DNA of 64,000 bases from the NCBI GenBank assembly GCA_963677485.1, contig OY781964.1, positions 1,280,001 through 1,344,000 of the forward strand, read 5' to 3'. Made by a program: the position numbers and the translations under genes. Each line of letters opens with the position of its first letter. The stretch's first letter is position 1. Positions 60,025 through 64,000 of the stretch are shown here, one piece after another. The stretch is from Armatimonadota bacterium. GTDB lineage: Bacteria > Armatimonadota > HRBIN16. The notes below the pieces were generated by a model. It did not search any database, was not told the DNA's origin, and saw only the letters and a program-made list of their open reading frames with translations.

Positions 60025-61092
60025 ATGCCAGAACCAATTAGCAGGGAACGTAGTCAGCAGATTCGCAATGTTGGTTTTTTGACAGCACTCCTCGTCGTGC
60101 TTCTGCACTCAAACAATGTGCAAAGTTACAGCCTGCTACGTTTCGATACAACATGGACCAGGGCGGTAGCCTTGTTCGAGACCATCGTCTCGGAAGGACT
60201 CGCGCTATGTGCTGTGCCGTTTTTCCTGGCGATCGCGGCTTTCCTGTTTTTCCGGGATTATACCCAGACACTCCAATGCATTAAGCAAAAGTACGCACGC
60301 CGCATCCACTCACTTTTGATCCCTTATCTATTCTGGAATGGCTTTCACTACTTGGTGCAGATGGCGGTGGTCAGTATCCCCGCCATACGGGCTCGGATGG
60401 ATGCCAGCACGGAGCCGATCCTGGCCAGCCGGCCAGGGCTTAAAGAGATTGCGCAAGTTCTGCTGTTACACAAATATAACATCCCTTTCTGGTTCATACA
60501 GGCCTTGATAGTGTTTGTGGTGCTCACTCCCATGGTATATGTAGTGATGAAGCACAAGATAGTCGCGATTAGCATACTAGCTATCACAGCCATTGCGGCA
60601 CTTGCAGAGGTGCAGCTGCCCATCATCACAACCGACACCTGGTTCTATCTATTGTTGGGTAGTTTTGTAGCCATACATCCGCAAAGTATACGCAGGTTGT
60701 TGCGCGCTCTGGAGAGCTCCAAACTGGCGTGGGTTTTCATCGGTACATGGCTTCTAGCATCTGTATTTCTTGTGTATTCCAACAACGTCTATACGCAAAA
60801 TGCAGCCATCATGACCGGCATGGCTGCCATTTGGTTTGGATATCCGATCTACAAGCACCTGCTGCCGATTTCCTTTTGGGGACGACACACTTTTCTGATT
60901 TATGCTATTCACCCCACCTTACTGGGAGGCATCAAGATGATTTTGGCATTCGTCGCGGGCAAGTCTGCGATGATGGCACTGGTGAGCTATCTGCTAGCTC
61001 CGGCCATGACGGTGGGTATTATCATATGGTTCTGTAACTTTTGCGGGTTGCGATTACCCAAGGTATACCGCTTTATCTCGGGCGGACGATAG
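60025..61092 (+). CDS. Acyltransferase-3 (OafA-like) membrane O-acyltransferase
   Basis: 'LVVLLHS', 'AVPFF', 'RIHSLLIPYLFWN', 'FWFI', 'IYAIH'. Confidence 0.82.
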   Translation: MPEPISRERSQQIRNVGFLTALLVVLLHSNNVQSYSLLRFDTTWTRAVALFETIVSEGLALCAVPFFLAIAAFLFFRDYTQTLQCIKQKYARRIHSLLIPYLFWNGFHYLVQMAVVSIPAIRARMDASTEPILASRPGLKEIAQVLLLHKYNIPFWFIQALIVFVVLTPMVYVVMKHKIVAISILAITAIAALAEVQLPIITTDTWFYLLLGSFVAIHPQSIRRLLRALESSKLAWVFIGTWLLASVFLVYSNNVYTQNAAIMTGMAAIWFGYPIYKHLLPISFWGRHTFLIYAIHPTLLGGIKMILAFVAGKSAMMALVSYLLAPAMTVGIIIWFCNFCGLRLPKVYRFISGGR

Positions 61093-61224
61093 TCGCTATC
61101 AAGCATCCTTGCTCTCGATACAGACGAATCGATGCAAAACCAAGGCAGGTATCAGGGCCAATGCCGGTGTATCTAGCCATGCGTCACCCAATCTTGATTG
61201 ATCTGTCCGCTTAGGAGGCTTTGT

Positions 61225-62112
61225 ATGAAATCACCCGTGTTCCGTATAGGTAATATCGTGCTTTGGACACTCATGGTTGTGCTCATAACCTGTATATCAT
61301 ATGCAGCACCTGCGAATGATACAAATGGTTGGACAAAAGGGGTTTACAGCTCCGTCGTTCAGGTGAAAGCGACGAAACCGACCCTGAAGCTAACACTCGA
61401 AGCAGCCAAAAAGCAAGCCATCACCAGCATCATGACCGCCTTTGGGAAAACTCCGATCAACAGCTTCGTGAGCGGTCAGGACTTACTGAAATATGCGAAA
61501 CTGCGCACTTTGCTGGAGAAGACCATCAGCGAAAATGGGCGATTCAAAAGCGTGTCACTCAAAGTGGCTGGTGTGCCCTACATCAAGATGAGTGCCGAGA
61601 TACCTACGATGAAGTTATTATTACCTGCACTGGATTTTTACCGTAAGCTGGGATCATCGGATGGGAATGCCAAATCGCTGATCATGAAGATCACTTCCCG
61701 GGGCAATGACAGGATCATGGCTGAAAAGTCGATGGATGATAAGTCGATAGAAGAAGAGACCCCTGTCGGCCCTTTTTCATCCTTGATAATAGACGCCTCG
61801 GGGTTGGGTTTGAAAAGAGCCATGAGCCCCAAAATCCGGCGTGAAGATAAATCGGAAGTCTGGGGAACCGTAGAGGTTGACCCCGACTTCGTGCTGGAAA
61901 CAGGCATCGTCTCCTATACGGCGTCGATGGCTGAGGCCGTGCGTGACCCCCGTAGGGGTGATAATCCGCTGGTGATCAAGGCGATCGGCATTTCCGGCGG
62001 GAAGTTCCTCTGCGACCCTGTGATCAGCGATGGGGACGCGATAACCGTGCTGAATGAAGAGAAGAACACGCACTTTTTGGAGAAGTTCAACGTCATCTTC
62101 ATCGCGAACTAG
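61225..62112 (+). CDS. Secreted hypothetical protein with LPP20-associated C-terminal domain
   Basis: Signal peptide; 'SLIIDASGLGLKRAMSPKI', 'RRGDNPLVIKA'; AGGAGG RBS. Confidence 0.6.
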   Translation: MKSPVFRIGNIVLWTLMVVLITCISYAAPANDTNGWTKGVYSSVVQVKATKPTLKLTLEAAKKQAITSIMTAFGKTPINSFVSGQDLLKYAKLRTLLEKTISENGRFKSVSLKVAGVPYIKMSAEIPTMKLLLPALDFYRKLGSSDGNAKSLIMKITSRGNDRIMAEKSMDDKSIEEETPVGPFSSLIIDASGLGLKRAMSPKIRREDKSEVWGTVEVDPDFVLETGIVSYTASMAEAVRDPRRGDNPLVIKAIGISGGKFLCDPVISDGDAITVLNEEKNTHFLEKFNVIFIAN

Positions 62113-62314
62113 GCACAGGTTTTGGTATCAAGGAGGCGGGGGAGTGAGGAGAGTAGGAGGCTCGAGAACGGGCCGGTCTGGCGGAGTTTCTCTCGGGTTT
62201 GGGTTCGAAAACCAGACCTGACACAGGCAACCAAGTTCATTACAGGCAGCACGATTACTGATACTTTGCTAGCTCACCGCTCTCGGCTTACCAACAATCG
62301 CCTGTGTGATCCCC

Positions 62315-63595
62315 TCACTCAGGGCCGGGGAAGGCCTCGCCATAGTCCTTGGTGCTGGCTTGCCAGTCGTGCAGACGTCTGCGCATGGTGTCAAGCACCT
62401 GACGCAGTTTGGGCTCCTGGGCCAGGTTACTCACCTCCCATGGGTCGGTACGCAGGTCATACAGCTCCTCTACAGGCCGCGTGTCAGACATCCAGGCAAG
62501 CTGTTGCTTATTCAGCTTGCCTTCGGCTCTCAACCGTTTGAGTTCGCCCAGTACTGGATACAACGAGATGATATACTGGTTATCCTGTGTGTACGGCCTG
62601 TCCGGGCAGTAGTTCCGTATGTATTTATATCTGTGATCCACTACGGCGCGGATGTGGTCCAGCGTCTCATCGCATCGGTCACGGGCCGCCACACAGTAGT
62701 CGCGCCCCTGGCTGCCGGGCAGCAAAAGCGGTCGGCCTTCCATGTAGGCAGGGGGTGTCACCCCCGCCAGTGCCAAAACGCTGGCGGACACATCGATGGA
62801 GGAGATCAGCCGTTTATCCACCTGACCACCTCGCCACAGCCTGGGGCAATGCACTATCAGCGGTACGCTGACTCCGCCTTCGTATAGCCACTGCTTGCCG
62901 CGCGTGTTACATGAGCCGTTGTCGCCCTGCAGAATGAGAATGGTATTGTCCAGCACACCGTCGGCTTCCAGCCGCTTCATCAAGATGCCAAACTCAATAT
63001 CAAGCAGGTTGCACATATCCATATAACAGGCGTAGTCGTCCCTGGCCACAGGTGTATCCGGGTAATAGGGCGGCAGCTTCAACCGATTGGGATCAACACG
63101 GTAGCCTAGCCGCTTGCGCTCCTCCGGCCACAATCCTCGGTGAACCTGCCAGAAATTCATCTGCTGGAAGAACGGCTGACCAGTTCTGCGCTGGCTGTAG
63201 TGAGTGCCGTCCCACACCTCGTTTCGGTTCGCGAAGTTGAAGTCACTCTTGCCAGGTTCATCAATCGGGTGGTTGGCATTGCCGTTCGCGCAGAAATAGC
63301 CTGCATCCCGTAGATAGCTGGTGATGGGCTTCACAGGGGCCGGCAGACGCCATCCATCGGTCGCGTGGCTGCGATGGTTCTGGCAGTTTATTGAGGTTTG
63401 GTACATACCGGTGATCATGGCGGAACGTGAAGGGGAACAGACAGGTGCCGTGCAGTAGGCGTGATCAAAGCGCACTCCCTGACTGGCAAAGCGGTCGATG
63501 TTCGGCGTGCGGAGTTGCGGTGTTCCGTAACAGCCCAGATGCTTCCCCTGATCTTCGGTCAGCATCCAAATGATGTTTGGTTTATTACCGTCCAT
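62315..63595 (-). CDS. Formylglycine-dependent sulfatase (S1)
   Basis: 'KPNII', 'CSPSRSAMITG' (CxPxR), 'GDNG', 'EELYDL..DP.E'. Confidence 0.93.
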   Translation of the reverse strand: MDGNKPNIIWMLTEDQGKHLGCYGTPQLRTPNIDRFASQGVRFDHAYCTAPVCSPSRSAMITGMYQTSINCQNHRSHATDGWRLPAPVKPITSYLRDAGYFCANGNANHPIDEPGKSDFNFANRNEVWDGTHYSQRRTGQPFFQQMNFWQVHRGLWPEERKRLGYRVDPNRLKLPPYYPDTPVARDDYACYMDMCNLLDIEFGILMKRLEADGVLDNTILILQGDNGSCNTRGKQWLYEGGVSVPLIVHCPRLWRGGQVDKRLISSIDVSASVLALAGVTPPAYMEGRPLLLPGSQGRDYCVAARDRCDETLDHIRAVVDHRYKYIRNYCPDRPYTQDNQYIISLYPVLGELKRLRAEGKLNKQQLAWMSDTRPVEELYDLRTDPWEVSNLAQEPKLRQVLDTMRRRLHDWQASTKDYGEAFPGPE

Positions 63596-63660
63596 GGCAG
63601 AAACTATCCCTCAGGTTTGATGATCGATGTATTGCTTACAAATCCCGGTATGAAGGGTGC

Positions 63661-63999
63661 TTATTTCCCCCAGATGCCCTCGATTTTACCCGTTTTCGGC
63701 AGGGCGAACCATATGGTGGTCCCCTCCTCTACCTCACTGTCGATGCCCACACGTCCGCCATGGGCGTGAATCACGCGGCGCACCAGAGCCAGGCCGACGC
63801 CAGTGCGATCTAGCTGGTCGCTAACTTGAGCTCTGCGGAAACCTTGAAACACTTGCTTATGATATTTCGGGTCAATACCGGGGCCATTATCAATCACTTT
63901 CACAATACAGTCAACATCAGTTTCGCTGCCCTCAATCCGAATCTTGCCATCAACCTTATCCATAAAGGTGATACTATTGATCAGTATATTGGTCAGGGC
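63661..63999 (-). CDS. C-terminal HATPase_c domain of a sensor histidine kinase (5' end outside the window)
   Basis: N box 'NILINSITF', 'DNGPGI', 'TGVGLA', 'HGG'. Confidence 0.85.
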   Translation of the reverse strand, partial: ALTNILINSITFMDKVDGKIRIEGSETDVDCIVKVIDNGPGIDPKYHKQVFQGFRRAQVSDQLDRTGVGLALVRRVIHAHGGRVGIDSEVEEGTTIWFALPKTGKIEGIWGK

Positions 64000-64000
64000 A

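Overview
Bacterial chromosomal window, probably from an Armatimonadota-like lineage (inferred from the DUF1559 '[11 protein letters not shown]...HxxGxNxxFxDGH' prepilin-type proteins, many secreted glycoside-hydrolase-like proteins, and a cheC/cheD/cheX and darA-holB gene set). It holds a carbohydrate-utilisation region (GH78, GH-A clan enzymes, three tandem DUF4838 paralogs, rhaA, a fucose-isomerase-like gene, a sulfatase), tatA-secG, a complete che operon, darA-holB and the F1Fo atp operon. The main finding is an intact IS110-family element (16594-18385) inserted at a CT core inside a GTAG-type REP palindrome. Its left end encodes a readable bridge RNA whose guides match the REP target (CGCGCCCCT / CGTAG) and the circle junction (ACAGTATC / TACAAG), and a sigma70 promoter forms only on circularisation. 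Intergenic regions are rich in REP-, REPIN- and MITE-like repeats, including a nested inverted-repeat element at 11.9-12.3 kb and a duplicated secG 3' end. I found no rRNA, tRNA or CRISPR array. All product calls come from reading motifs by eye, not from database searches.
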